Of a stretch of DNA of 64,000 bases, positions 29,535-37,056 are shown piece after piece. The position numbers and the translations under genes are program-made. The notes beneath the pieces are model-generated. The model was not told where the DNA came from, did not search any database, and saw only the letters and a list, made by a program, of their open reading frames with translations. Numbering within the stretch: the first letter of the stretch is position 1; each line of letters begins with the position of its first letter. Origin of the DNA: a virus. Location of the stretch: IMG/VR virus record IMGVR_UViG_3300032770_000015, positions 24,563 to 88,562 of that record; one strand, 5' to 3'.

Positions 29535-29849
29535 ATGAAGCCCGTGAATCCCGCCTGCGCCGACGATACGTCGCTGGCCGGGTACGTCGACACGACGTAC
29601 GCCGCGCTCGTCGCTGCCTTCGGTCCGCCGAACGGCCGGAGCGACGGATACAAGGTGGACGCCTGCTGGGTCCTGGCCGCCGGTGGGCGGATCGTAACCG
29701 TGTACAACTGGAAGGACGGCCCCGCGTACCGGGGCGCGGCCGGTACGCCGGTCGAGGCGATAACGACGTGGCACATCGGGGCGCACTTCGCCCCGGCGGC
29801 GCTCGCCGCGATGCGGCGCGCGTTCCCCGGCCGCGTTTCGGCCGCGTGA
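29535..29849 (+). CDS. Early hypothetical protein
   Basis: 104 aa. TSLAGYV.TTYA.LV.AFG.P..DG.KVD..W...TVYNWK...WHIG pattern seen in small phage proteins. Confidence 0.75.
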   Translation: MKPVNPACADDTSLAGYVDTTYAALVAAFGPPNGRSDGYKVDACWVLAAGGRIVTVYNWKDGPAYRGAAGTPVEAITTWHIGAHFAPAALAAMRRAFPGRVSAA

Positions 29850-30112
29850 CGAACCCGACGGCCCCGGGCTTCGAAACTCGGGGCCGCCTTACGATCCGAA
29901 CCGCCCGCGCCGGACCGGCGCCGGGCGGCGCTGCGTTGGGCACCGGGCCACCGGCCCGGCACGCGACCAGATGCCCCGGGGGTTGGATTCGCCCGGCGGT
30001 CGCCGCCCGCCCGACGCCCGGGGGCTTCGAAACCCCCGCGCGTCATCGCTGAACGTCGCCGGGCCGGACGGCCGGGCGACCCCGTACCCGCCGGACGAAA
30101 GGAACCGTACCC

Positions 30113-30271
30113 GTGGCCCCGCACGCGAACGAAGACCGGATCATCGCACAGCTCGACCGGGACGCCGTCTACCACGTCGCCGACCGCCTCGCGTTCCGCG
30201 TCGCCGACGACGCCGCGATGGCCCGCGCCCTGCGGCCGTACGTCGCCCGCTGCACCGCCGTTACGTTCTGA
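30113..30271 (+). CDS. Early hypothetical protein (52 aa)
   Basis: Own translation MAPHANEDRIIAQLDRD..., with AAAGGA RBS. Confidence 0.6.
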   Translation: MAPHANEDRIIAQLDRDAVYHVADRLAFRVADDAAMARALRPYVARCTAVTF

Positions 30272-30466
30272 ACCCGTCGCCGCCCGGCGTCGAACCCGGG
30301 CGGCGCCTTACGATCCGAACGCCCGCGCCGGACCGGCGCTGGGCGAATTCTTCCCCGATCCGAACCCGCACGACCAGAAAGGGACCGACCCGATGACCTC
30401 GACCCCGATGGACGAGCTGGCCGCCCTGCTCGTTCGCATCCAGCGCCGTCGTCCGGCGCCCGCCCG

Positions 30467-30757
30467 ATGAACCCCGCCGTCGTCGCCATCGTCGTCGCGG
30501 CCGTCCAGGACGCGCCGACCCCGTACCGCCTGGCCGACCGCATGGCCGCCCAGCGCGCCATCGTCGCCGCCGTCGCGCCGTACTTCGGCGGCGACCAGCT
30601 CGCCGCGTCGCTCGCGGTCGCCCCGGCGTACGCCGCCGCCGTCGAGCGCATTGCGGCGGTCCGGCGGAACCGGATCACCGGCCTGTCGTCGTCGCTCCCG
30701 GCCGGGGTCGTCATCGGCGACCGCGCCGTGCCGATCTCCGCCGTCGCGGGTGACTGA
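30467..30757 (+). CDS. Early hypothetical protein (preceded by 25-aa ORF 30393-30470)
   Basis: 96 aa, ATGA coupling. Confidence 0.6.
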   Translation: MNPAVVAIVVAAVQDAPTPYRLADRMAAQRAIVAAVAPYFGGDQLAASLAVAPAYAAAVERIAAVRRNRITGLSSSLPAGVVIGDRAVPISAVAGD

Positions 30758-30883
30758 ACCTACCGACGAGGCGTGACCCGCCCCGCGTCGCCCGGGGGCT
30801 TCGAAACCCCCGGGCGTCGTTCGCTCCGAACGTCCGCGCCGGACCGGCGCTGGGCGAGTTCTTCCCCGAACCGAAAGGGACGT

Positions 30884-31261
30884 ATGGAACACGACGCGCG
30901 GCACCTCTTCGAAGACCGGTACGGCGACGGTCACCCCTCGACGCGCTACCACGCGCGGCTGATCATCGCCGGGGCCGAGAACGGCCTCGCCGGATACGGC
31001 GTCGTCGTCATCCCGGCCGGATCGTCGGCCCGGCAGGTCCAGGGCGGGCCGCTCGTCCCTGGCCCGTGGGCCGCGACCTTCGGGCTCTGCACCGTCATCG
31101 ACAACGCGGGCGGAACCGGCGCCGAGGTCGCGCGCGAAACCGCCCGGGGCGACGCCATCCGCGTCGCGGCGGGCGATACCGTCCGCCTGACCGACGCCGT
31201 GACGGTCCGCGTTACCATCGGGCGGCGCGAGTACCCGGACCTGACCGTGGTGGACCGGTAG
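30884..31261 (+). CDS. Early hypothetical protein
   Basis: ATG at 30884 after AAAGGGA. Confidence 0.7.
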   Translation: MEHDARHLFEDRYGDGHPSTRYHARLIIAGAENGLAGYGVVVIPAGSSARQVQGGPLVPGPWAATFGLCTVIDNAGGTGAEVARETARGDAIRVAAGDTVRLTDAVTVRVTIGRREYPDLTVVDR

Positions 31262-31362
31262 GGCCGCCGGGCGGGGGCTTCGAAACCCCCGCCCGTCATC
31301 GCTGACCGACGGACGCCGGACCGGCGGGCCGTCCCTATTCCCCGATCCGAAAGGACGAGCTG

Positions 31363-32034
31363 ATGAAGCGCTACCAGATCATCACGGCGAACCGCGCCAC
31401 GAGGTCGCAGGCGGGGTACGCGCAGACGGAATCGTCAACCCTGGAGCTGGGCGAGTCCCTGTTCGTCACCGCCGAGAAGGCCGTCCCGCGCGGCGCCGGG
31501 GTCGAGGTCGAGCTGTTCGACACGGTCAAGAACAAGGTCCTGCGGTCCCGGTACTTCCCGACGCTCGACGAGGCGCGGGCGTCCGTCGCCCGGCGGCTCG
31601 CGAAGCACGTCGAGAGCGAGGTCGAGGCGGCCGAGGCGTCGCTGGCGAAGTTCACCGCCGAGATCAACCGTAACGTGGCGTCGCTCCGCGCCTGGGCCGT
31701 GGCCCGTGCGAACGGCGCCGACCTGACCGACTGGCGGGGCGGGAACACCGACGTGGAGTCGCCGTTCCGCTGGGCCGACGACTCGGTGGCCGCCGCCGCC
31801 CGCCTGATGGTCGCCCGCGAGGTCGAGGAATATCTGGCGACCGACCGCGCGCCGTCGGCCATCGTCGCCGCGCTGCGGACCCAGGTGCTGCGGTCGGCCC
31901 GGAACGGGCTGTCGCGGTCCACGTCGTCGTCGGCGAACCTGACCGAGGAGGCCCGCCTCGCCGCGCGGGCCGCGATGGTCGAGAAGCTCGAAACCATCGT
32001 CGCGTGGGCGACCGACATGGGCGTCGAGGTCTGA
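31363..32034 (+). CDS. Early hypothetical protein
   Basis: 223 aa with AAAGGA RBS. Confidence 0.75.
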   Translation: MKRYQIITANRATRSQAGYAQTESSTLELGESLFVTAEKAVPRGAGVEVELFDTVKNKVLRSRYFPTLDEARASVARRLAKHVESEVEAAEASLAKFTAEINRNVASLRAWAVARANGADLTDWRGGNTDVESPFRWADDSVAAAARLMVAREVEEYLATDRAPSAIVAALRTQVLRSARNGLSRSTSSSANLTEEARLAARAAMVEKLETIVAWATDMGVEV

Positions 32035-32037
32035 ACC

Positions 32038-32100
32038 GCCGAGGGGCGGGCGCCGACGAACCGGCGCCCGTTAAGGCACGGCCCGGTCCCAAGTCCGGGC
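32038..32100 (+). ncRNA. Twister ribozyme 1 (P5-like permutation); predicted cleavage U32072/A32073
   Basis: GCC-GAGGG-[P1 hairpin]-UAA-GGC-AC-..-GCCCGG-UCCCAAGU-CCGGGC. Confidence 0.88.
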
Positions 32101-32195
32101 GGAACGCAGGACGCCGCGCCAGGTATGGTGCCGGGTAAGCGTCCGTGCCGAACCCCATCACTTGAGGTGACATATGCGGTAGACCCCCGGGTAAC

Positions 32196-32272
32196 GCCGA
32201 GGGCGACGATCCGCCGGGCCGTACGCGCGCCCCGGGTCGTCGTAAGGCGCATGGCCGGTCCCAAGCCCGGCC
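32196..32272 (+). ncRNA. Twister ribozyme 2; predicted cleavage U32243/A32244
   Basis: GCC-GAGGG-CGACGAUCCG...CGGGUCGUCG-UAA-GGC-GC-..-GGCCGG-UCCCAAGC-CCGGCC. Confidence 0.88.
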
Positions 32273-32297
32273 GAACCCGAACGAAAGGAACGACCCG

Positions 32298-32672
32298 ATG
32301 TCGCTTCGCTGGCAGATGTCGAACGAGCAGAGCCCCGCGTGGGTGAACCTGTCGCCCGTGATGCGGGAGACCATGATCTTCGGCCTGGTCATCGCCGATA
32401 TGGGCGAGATCAAGGACGAGGCCGCCGCCGAGAAGTTCTGGACCCGGCTCCGGATGGCCGAGCTGGCGCAGGGCGACTCGTTCGTCCACCAGACCCCGGC
32501 GGGCGACGGCCCGATGATCCAGCGTTGGATCACCCTGGCCGACTGCCGGGCGGCCATCGGGCTCGGCGCGAACGTGCGGACGACGACGGACGCGCAGTAC
32601 AATCGGAAGGTCGCCGGTATCCTGCGCGACACGGCCGTCGCCGAGCTGCGGCGGGCGAAGGACGCAAAGTAG
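32298..32672 (+). CDS. Early hypothetical protein
   Basis: 124 aa with AAAGGA RBS, flanked by twisters 2 and 3. Confidence 0.75.
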   Translation: MSLRWQMSNEQSPAWVNLSPVMRETMIFGLVIADMGEIKDEAAAEKFWTRLRMAELAQGDSFVHQTPAGDGPMIQRWITLADCRAAIGLGANVRTTTDAQYNRKVAGILRDTAVAELRRAKDAK

Positions 32673-32735
32673 CCGAGGGGCGGGCGCCGATCCGTCGGCG
32701 CCCGTTAAGGCGCACGGCCGGTCCCAAGCCCGGCC
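32672..32735 (+). ncRNA. Twister ribozyme 3; predicted cleavage U32706/A32707
   Basis: Full core. First G is the last base of the TAG stop codon. Confidence 0.88.
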
Positions 32736-32760
32736 GAACCCCAAATGGAAAGGATGCCGG

Positions 32761-33249
32761 ATGAACTACGCGAACGTGCTAGGCGAGGCGAAGGGCAAGT
32801 TTGGCGCGTGGACCGCCTGGTATGTGCTGGGCGAGGCCGCCACCGGGTACGCGGTCCGCGCGCAGTTGGCGCCCGACCTGACGGTGAACCCGTTCACGGA
32901 CACGGACATCTACGGCGCGGTCAAGGAGATGAACAGCACGCAGCGCCCGGCCGGGTTCGACGGCGCAGCGCGGAAGATCCACACGCCCCGGTCGGTGTAC
33001 TGGTGGCAGCCGCCGTCGGATACGCGCGACGCGGCGGTCATCGCGTCCATCGCCGAGCGCGTGCGGCGGTTCCTGAACGACGACTGGTCGTATGTCGGCC
33101 TGCTCGTCGAGGTCCGGCACCCGCCCTGCACGCTGTGCGGCGAATCGCGGGTCACGTCGGCCGGGCTCTGGGGCATCGAGTCGGACAGCGACGACGGGTA
33201 CGTGATCGAGACGCTAGGCGACCTCGTGAACGAGGCGAAGGACGAGTAA
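32761..33249 (+). CDS. Early hypothetical protein
   Basis: 162 aa. DWSYVGL.V...AGLWGIESD motif. Flanked by twisters 3 and 4. Confidence 0.75.
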   Translation: MNYANVLGEAKGKFGAWTAWYVLGEAATGYAVRAQLAPDLTVNPFTDTDIYGAVKEMNSTQRPAGFDGAARKIHTPRSVYWWQPPSDTRDAAVIASIAERVRRFLNDDWSYVGLLVEVRHPPCTLCGESRVTSAGLWGIESDSDDGYVIETLGDLVNEAKDE

Positions 33250-33250
33250 C

Positions 33251-33313
33251 GCCGAGGGCGACCGCCGCGCGGTTCCGGCGGTCGTAAGGCACGGCCCGGT
33301 CCCAAGTCCGGGC
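33251..33313 (+). ncRNA. Twister ribozyme 4; predicted cleavage U33285/A33286
   Basis: Full core with P1 CGACCGCCG/CGGCGGUCG and T2 AC:GU. Confidence 0.88.
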
Positions 33314-33337
33314 GACCCCATCAACGAAAGGACGTGT

Positions 33338-33538
33338 ATGGCGCTCGTGATGCTGCCCCGTACCGACGACCTGCCGCCGGTGTACGTGAACCCGGCGCAC
33401 GTCGTCGGCGTCGAACCGTCGGTGACCGACCCCGGCGCGCCGGTCTGCACCGTGTACGTGCTCCCCGGGAACCGGGGCCACTTCGTCGCCCTGTCGGCGC
33501 TCGAGGCCGCCCGCCGCCTGAACGGGGGTGCCGCGTGA
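33338..33538 (+). CDS. Early hypothetical protein
   Basis: 66 aa with AAAGGA RBS. Confidence 0.65.
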   Translation: MALVMLPRTDDLPPVYVNPAHVVGVEPSVTDPGAPVCTVYVLPGNRGHFVALSALEAARRLNGGAA

Positions 33539-33915
33539 GGACGAAGCTGAACGCCCTGTTCAAGGCGCTGCGCCAGGCGGGCGTCGCGGCGCACCAGAAC
33601 TACGAGTGCTGCCAGGGGTGCGGCTGCGCCCGCGTCGCGTCCGAGATCGGCGTCGTCGGCGCGTACGTCTTCTATCACCACCAGGACGCCGAAGACCTCG
33701 AGCCCCCGCGCCATCACCGTGCGGGCGACGGCTGGCGGCCCGGCGTCTACCTGGCGTACGGGATCGTGTCGGCCGTGGAGCTGCCGGACGCGGTGGAAGA
33801 GGCCCTGCGGCTGAAGGTGGGCGAGCTGATCCGGAGGCTCGCCACCGTGGTCGGGCTCGCCGTCGAGTGGGACGGGACGACCGCGCAGCGCATCTGGGTC
33901 ACGGAGGCCGCGTGA
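33535..33915 (+). CDS. Hypothetical protein (DUF6891-like)
   Basis: LNALFKALRQAGV.A.QNYECCQGCG...YVFYHHQD...GL.VEWDG....RI pattern. Confidence 0.6.
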   Translation: MRTKLNALFKALRQAGVAAHQNYECCQGCGCARVASEIGVVGAYVFYHHQDAEDLEPPRHHRAGDGWRPGVYLAYGIVSAVELPDAVEEALRLKVGELIRRLATVVGLAVEWDGTTAQRIWVTEAA

Positions 33916-34238
33916 TCGACACCCTCGAGCCGTCGCCGCGCCGCGAGCCCACGCGGCAGATGTTCATCGTTCCGAACGACCCCGCCGGGCGGGCGGTCAT
34001 CGCCACTCTGCGCGCATACCTGAACCGGGCGACCTACCGCCTGCGGGTCGTCGGCCGGGGCGTCCGCGCCGACCGCGCCCGCGAGTTCCGCCGCACGCAC
34101 CGGGCCTGGGCGACCCGGCGCCCCGACTACGCCTGGATTCCGCGCCGGTACGCGACCCGCCTGGCCGTGTACATCGAGCGCAAGGACGGGATCGGGATCA
34201 ACTGGCAGCAGCTCCGCACGCTGTACCCCGTCCGTTAG
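33912..34238 (+). CDS. Early hypothetical basic protein
   Basis: GTGA coupling. Ends at twister 5. Confidence 0.65.
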   Translation: MIDTLEPSPRREPTRQMFIVPNDPAGRAVIATLRAYLNRATYRLRVVGRGVRADRAREFRRTHRAWATRRPDYAWIPRRYATRLAVYIERKDGIGINWQQLRTLYPVR

Positions 34239-34302
34239 CCGAGGGGCGGGCGCCGATCCGTCGGCGCCCGTTAAGGCGCACCGCCGGTCCCAAGTCCGGC
34301 GG
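34238..34302 (+). ncRNA. Twister ribozyme 5; predicted cleavage U34272/A34273
   Basis: Full core, T2 GC:GU. Confidence 0.88.
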
Positions 34303-34328
34303 AACCCACTGGAGAAAGGCTGGGCGAG

Positions 34329-34670
34329 ATGTCCGACGTGCAGATCACGAAGGTTCACGCCGTCGAGTGGCACCGCAACGGCGTCGGCGGGCTCGGGTTC
34401 CACGTCGTCCTGTTTGACGAGGCTACGGAGGGGCGGATGATGGCCGTGGACTTCGGCCCCGAGGCCGACGCGGCGACGGATTCCTTCGGGGTCATCGCGG
34501 TCTTCCAGCTCGACAAGCTAGCGGCCGGTGACGTGGCCTTCGGGTCGAACTCGTGGCGCGGCGACCACTACACCGGGCCAGTCCGGGCGGTCATCACGGC
34601 GGCCGAGGCGCGGGGCGAGACCGGGAAGCTCGGGCCGTTCTCGCTGCCGCCGCAGCTTCGCCGGAAGTAG
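34329..34670 (+). CDS. Early hypothetical protein
   Basis: 113 aa. WHRNGVGG..FHVV.F and NSWRGDHY motifs. Flanked by twisters 5 and 6. Confidence 0.75.
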   Translation: MSDVQITKVHAVEWHRNGVGGLGFHVVLFDEATEGRMMAVDFGPEADAATDSFGVIAVFQLDKLAAGDVAFGSNSWRGDHYTGPVRAVITAAEARGETGKLGPFSLPPQLRRK

Positions 34671-34730
34671 CCGAGGGGCGGGCGCCGATGGATCGGCGCC
34701 CGTTAAGGCACGGCCCGGTCCCAAGTCCGG
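34670..34730 (+). ncRNA. Twister ribozyme 6; predicted cleavage U34704/A34705
   Basis: Full core, T2 AC:GU. Confidence 0.87.
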
Positions 34731-34757
34731 CGACCCATCTCAAAGGAGGCAGCCGGT

Positions 34758-35072
34758 ATGAGCGCACGCGTCTTCGTCTGGCCCGAGCGGACCTACGAGG
34801 AGCTGGGCGCCGAACGCTGGGCCGTGTCCTGGAAGACCGTGCGGCCCGGCGCCAACGTAAATGAGGAGATCGACTTCGACGTCGACCTCGTGGACCGCGC
34901 CGTCGCCTGCCGGACCCACGCGGCGGCGGTTGCCCGCGCGCGGCGCGCCGCCGCCGAGGACTACTTCGGCGGGGCGGTCGTTCAGCGCCAGGTCGTCGCG
35001 TGGGACGTCGAGGAGGACCGCATCGCCGAGTGGGCCCCCGCTGGTGAACCCGAATATGTGGAGGACCGATGA
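34758..35072 (+). CDS. Early hypothetical protein
   Basis: 104 aa with AAAGGAGG RBS. Confidence 0.7.
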   Translation: MSARVFVWPERTYEELGAERWAVSWKTVRPGANVNEEIDFDVDLVDRAVACRTHAAAVARARRAAAEDYFGGAVVQRQVVAWDVEEDRIAEWAPAGEPEYVEDR

Positions 35073-35428
35073 GACCGCGCACGTCGATCATCGTCGCCCT
35101 TCGGCCCGGCCGAACCCAGGCCGCGGCCGACCGCCGCGAGCGGATGGAGACCATCATCCTGGCCGAGGCCCGCGCCCGGGGCGTCCGGTATGACGGGTCG
35201 GGGAACTACGTCACGGGGCCGCGGCGCGGGACGCGCGAGCTTTTCTTCGTGACGCGCCGGCGCGACCTGACCGTCGCCGCCGTCCGCGACCTGAAGGCCG
35301 ACGTCCGCGAGGCGGAGCACTTCGCCTACCGGACGTACTTCATCACCCGGGACTATGGGACCGGCGCCTGGCTCGTGAACCGCGGCGGCCGGACCGTCGC
35401 CGCCGCCGCCCGGGCGCTGGTCCGTTAG
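35069..35428 (+). CDS. Early hypothetical basic protein
   Basis: 119 aa, ATGA coupling. Confidence 0.65.
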   Translation: MRPRTSIIVALRPGRTQAAADRRERMETIILAEARARGVRYDGSGNYVTGPRRGTRELFFVTRRRDLTVAAVRDLKADVREAEHFAYRTYFITRDYGTGAWLVNRGGRTVAAAARALVR

Positions 35429-35551
35429 CCGAGGGGCGGGTGCCCGTCCGCGATGCGCCGCTGGGTCGAGCCGGGTTCCGACCGGCGCCAGCACGCGGTC
35501 TCGCACGACGTGGTACCCGTTAAGGCGCACCGCCGGTCCCAAGCCCGGCGG
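35428..35551 (+). ncRNA. Twister ribozyme 7 with extended P1; predicted cleavage U35521/A35522
   Basis: P1 base GCGGGUGCC/GGUACCCGU encloses an insert of about 65 nt. Core intact. Confidence 0.83.
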
Positions 35552-35578
35552 AACCCCACTAGAGAAAGGCTGGGCGAG

Positions 35579-35938
35579 ATGGATGAGCGGCAGGCATCGC
35601 GTGAGGCAGCCGAGGACGTGCGGTACGAGCGCTGGGAGGCGCTATTGTTCAAGCACGTGCCCGGCCTGACGCGCGGGAAGAATCCGGCGTGGCGGTCCGA
35701 CTTGATGATGGAGGCCGATGGCGGCCCGATCTTCATGAAGTTCATGTCGGACGGTGGCGTGGATGACACGCCGAACGGTCTGGCGCTGCGGGCCTGGCTC
35801 CGGGCGCGGAAGATTCCGTTCCGGCAGTATGGGCTGAAGGAGGACCCCGGCCAGGTGCGGGTCTTCACGCTGTCGCGGCGGGCGTTCGCCCGGGTCGAGG
35901 CCATTCTGCGCGGGCTCGAGCGCCGCGCGGCGCGGTAA
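35579..35938 (+). CDS. Early hypothetical protein
   Basis: ATG at 35579 after AGAAAGG. Confidence 0.7.
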   Translation: MDERQASREAAEDVRYERWEALLFKHVPGLTRGKNPAWRSDLMMEADGGPIFMKFMSDGGVDDTPNGLALRAWLRARKIPFRQYGLKEDPGQVRVFTLSRRAFARVEAILRGLERRAAR

Positions 35939-35970
35939 GCCGAGGGCTGCTGGTGCTAAAGGTCGCAAGG

Positions 35971-36035
35971 GCCGAGGGACGGGCGCCCCGATCCGGGCGC
36001 CCGTTAAGGCGCGCCGCCGGTCCCAAGTCCGGCGG
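35971..36035 (+). ncRNA. Twister ribozyme 8; predicted cleavage U36005/A36006
   Basis: P1 ACGGGCGCCC/GGGCGCCCGU. Full core. Confidence 0.88.
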
Positions 36036-36056
36036 AACCCCGAACGAAAGGACCGT

Positions 36057-36389
36057 ATGATCACGACGAAGCGGCTGATCTTCCACCTCGACGCGGCCAT
36101 CGCGCGGCACGTCCGCGACTGGCAGCGCCTGACCGAGCACGGCACGATTGCCGTCGACTCGGACGTGATAGCGCTGTACGCGCAGGACATGGCCGCGCTA
36201 ATGCGGGCGCGGTCGGCGTTCTGCCACGCCAGGTTGGTCGAGGAGCACAGCACGTGGGACACGGCGACCGTCGCCCGGCTGCTGCGCCGGGGCGCGCGCA
36301 TCTTGCGCGACCGCGACACGGCGGTCACCGACCACTTTCCCCGCCCGCTCGTCCTGGCGGTCGGGTCGCTGGTCGGCGACGGCGCGTGA
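36057..36389 (+). CDS. Early hypothetical protein
   Basis: 110 aa with AAAGGA RBS. Confidence 0.65.
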   Translation: MITTKRLIFHLDAAIARHVRDWQRLTEHGTIAVDSDVIALYAQDMAALMRARSAFCHARLVEEHSTWDTATVARLLRRGARILRDRDTAVTDHFPRPLVLAVGSLVGDGA

Positions 36390-36634
36390 TCAACACGCAG
36401 CGCGCCCGCGCCGCGCTTAACCGGCTCATCGCGGCGGCCGACGACACGGCCGTTGACCAGGCGTTCCTCGACCGCTTCCTGCGCCGTGCACCGACGTATG
36501 CGAATGCGTGCGAGGCCTGCGGGAAGCAGGTCGCCACCACCACCATCCTGGGCCACGGGTACTGCGCCCACTGCGGGAACGTCGCGCTCGAGGTCATCGA
36601 GGCCCGGCGCGCCCGCCGAAAGGAGACCGCGTGA
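36386..36634 (+). CDS. Small zinc-finger protein
   Basis: CEAC...CAHC. GTGA coupling. Confidence 0.6.
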   Translation: MINTQRARAALNRLIAAADDTAVDQAFLDRFLRRAPTYANACEACGKQVATTTILGHGYCAHCGNVALEVIEARRARRKETA

Positions 36635-37056
36635 AGAAGGTCCGCCACCGGACGACCCGCGCCACGCTGCTGGTCGTTGACCGCCTGAACCTGACCGACC
36701 TGCCCGGAAAGGATCTCGCCGGGGCCGACCTCGCCGAGGAGGACCTGGGCGCGACGAACCTGCGCGCCGCCAGCCTGCGCGGCGCCGACCTCCACGGGGC
36801 GTGGCTGCGCCGGACGAACCTGAACGACGCCGACCTCCACGCGGCCGACCTGCGCGGCGTGGACGCGCAGGGCGCGGACCTGCAGCGCGCGAACCTCTCG
36901 AACGCCGACCTCACCGGGGCTGACCTGCAGGGCGCCGACCTGCGCGGGGCAAACTTCGCCGGGGCGTGCTTGACCGACGCCGACCTGCGCGGCGCGAACC
37001 TGCGCGGCGTCGCCGTGACGGTCGGCAACCGCACCATCCTGACGTCCAACGCCTAA
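36631..37056 (+). CDS. Pentapeptide repeat protein
   Basis: About 20 A(D/N)Lxx repeats. AAAGGAG RBS. Confidence 0.9.
   Translation: MKKVRHRTTRATLLVVDRLNLTDLPGKDLAGADLAEEDLGATNLRAASLRGADLHGAWLRRTNLNDADLHAADLRGVDAQGADLQRANLSNADLTGADLQGADLRGANFAGACLTDADLRGANLRGVAVTVGNRTILTSNA

Larger units (their letters stand above)
29114..31333 (+). repeat. Intergenic two-hairpin motif 'family A', 7 copies (candidate structured RNA)
   Basis: Copies at about 29114-29184, 29435-29502, 29859-29928, 30013-30080, 30278-30345, 30789-30856, 31268-31333. Hairpin 1 loop C(T/G)TCGAA(A/T/C), linker, hairpin 2 with CCGG(A/T)C(C)GG apex, usually followed by a GAAAGG(G)A RBS. Confidence 0.85.

Noticed and set aside
29114-31333. 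tRNA genes (TTCGAA T-loop-like hairpins)
   Set aside because: No acceptor stem, D arm or anticodon arm. The loop is 8 nt on a long stem.
32174-32194. Stop-codon reassignment (TAG readthrough)
   Set aside because: TAG cleanly ends many genes, and long conserved genes are uninterrupted under the standard code.
35941-35970. Twister-sister ribozyme (GCTGGTGC...GCAAGG resemblance)
   Set aside because: Required pairing partners and element order are missing.
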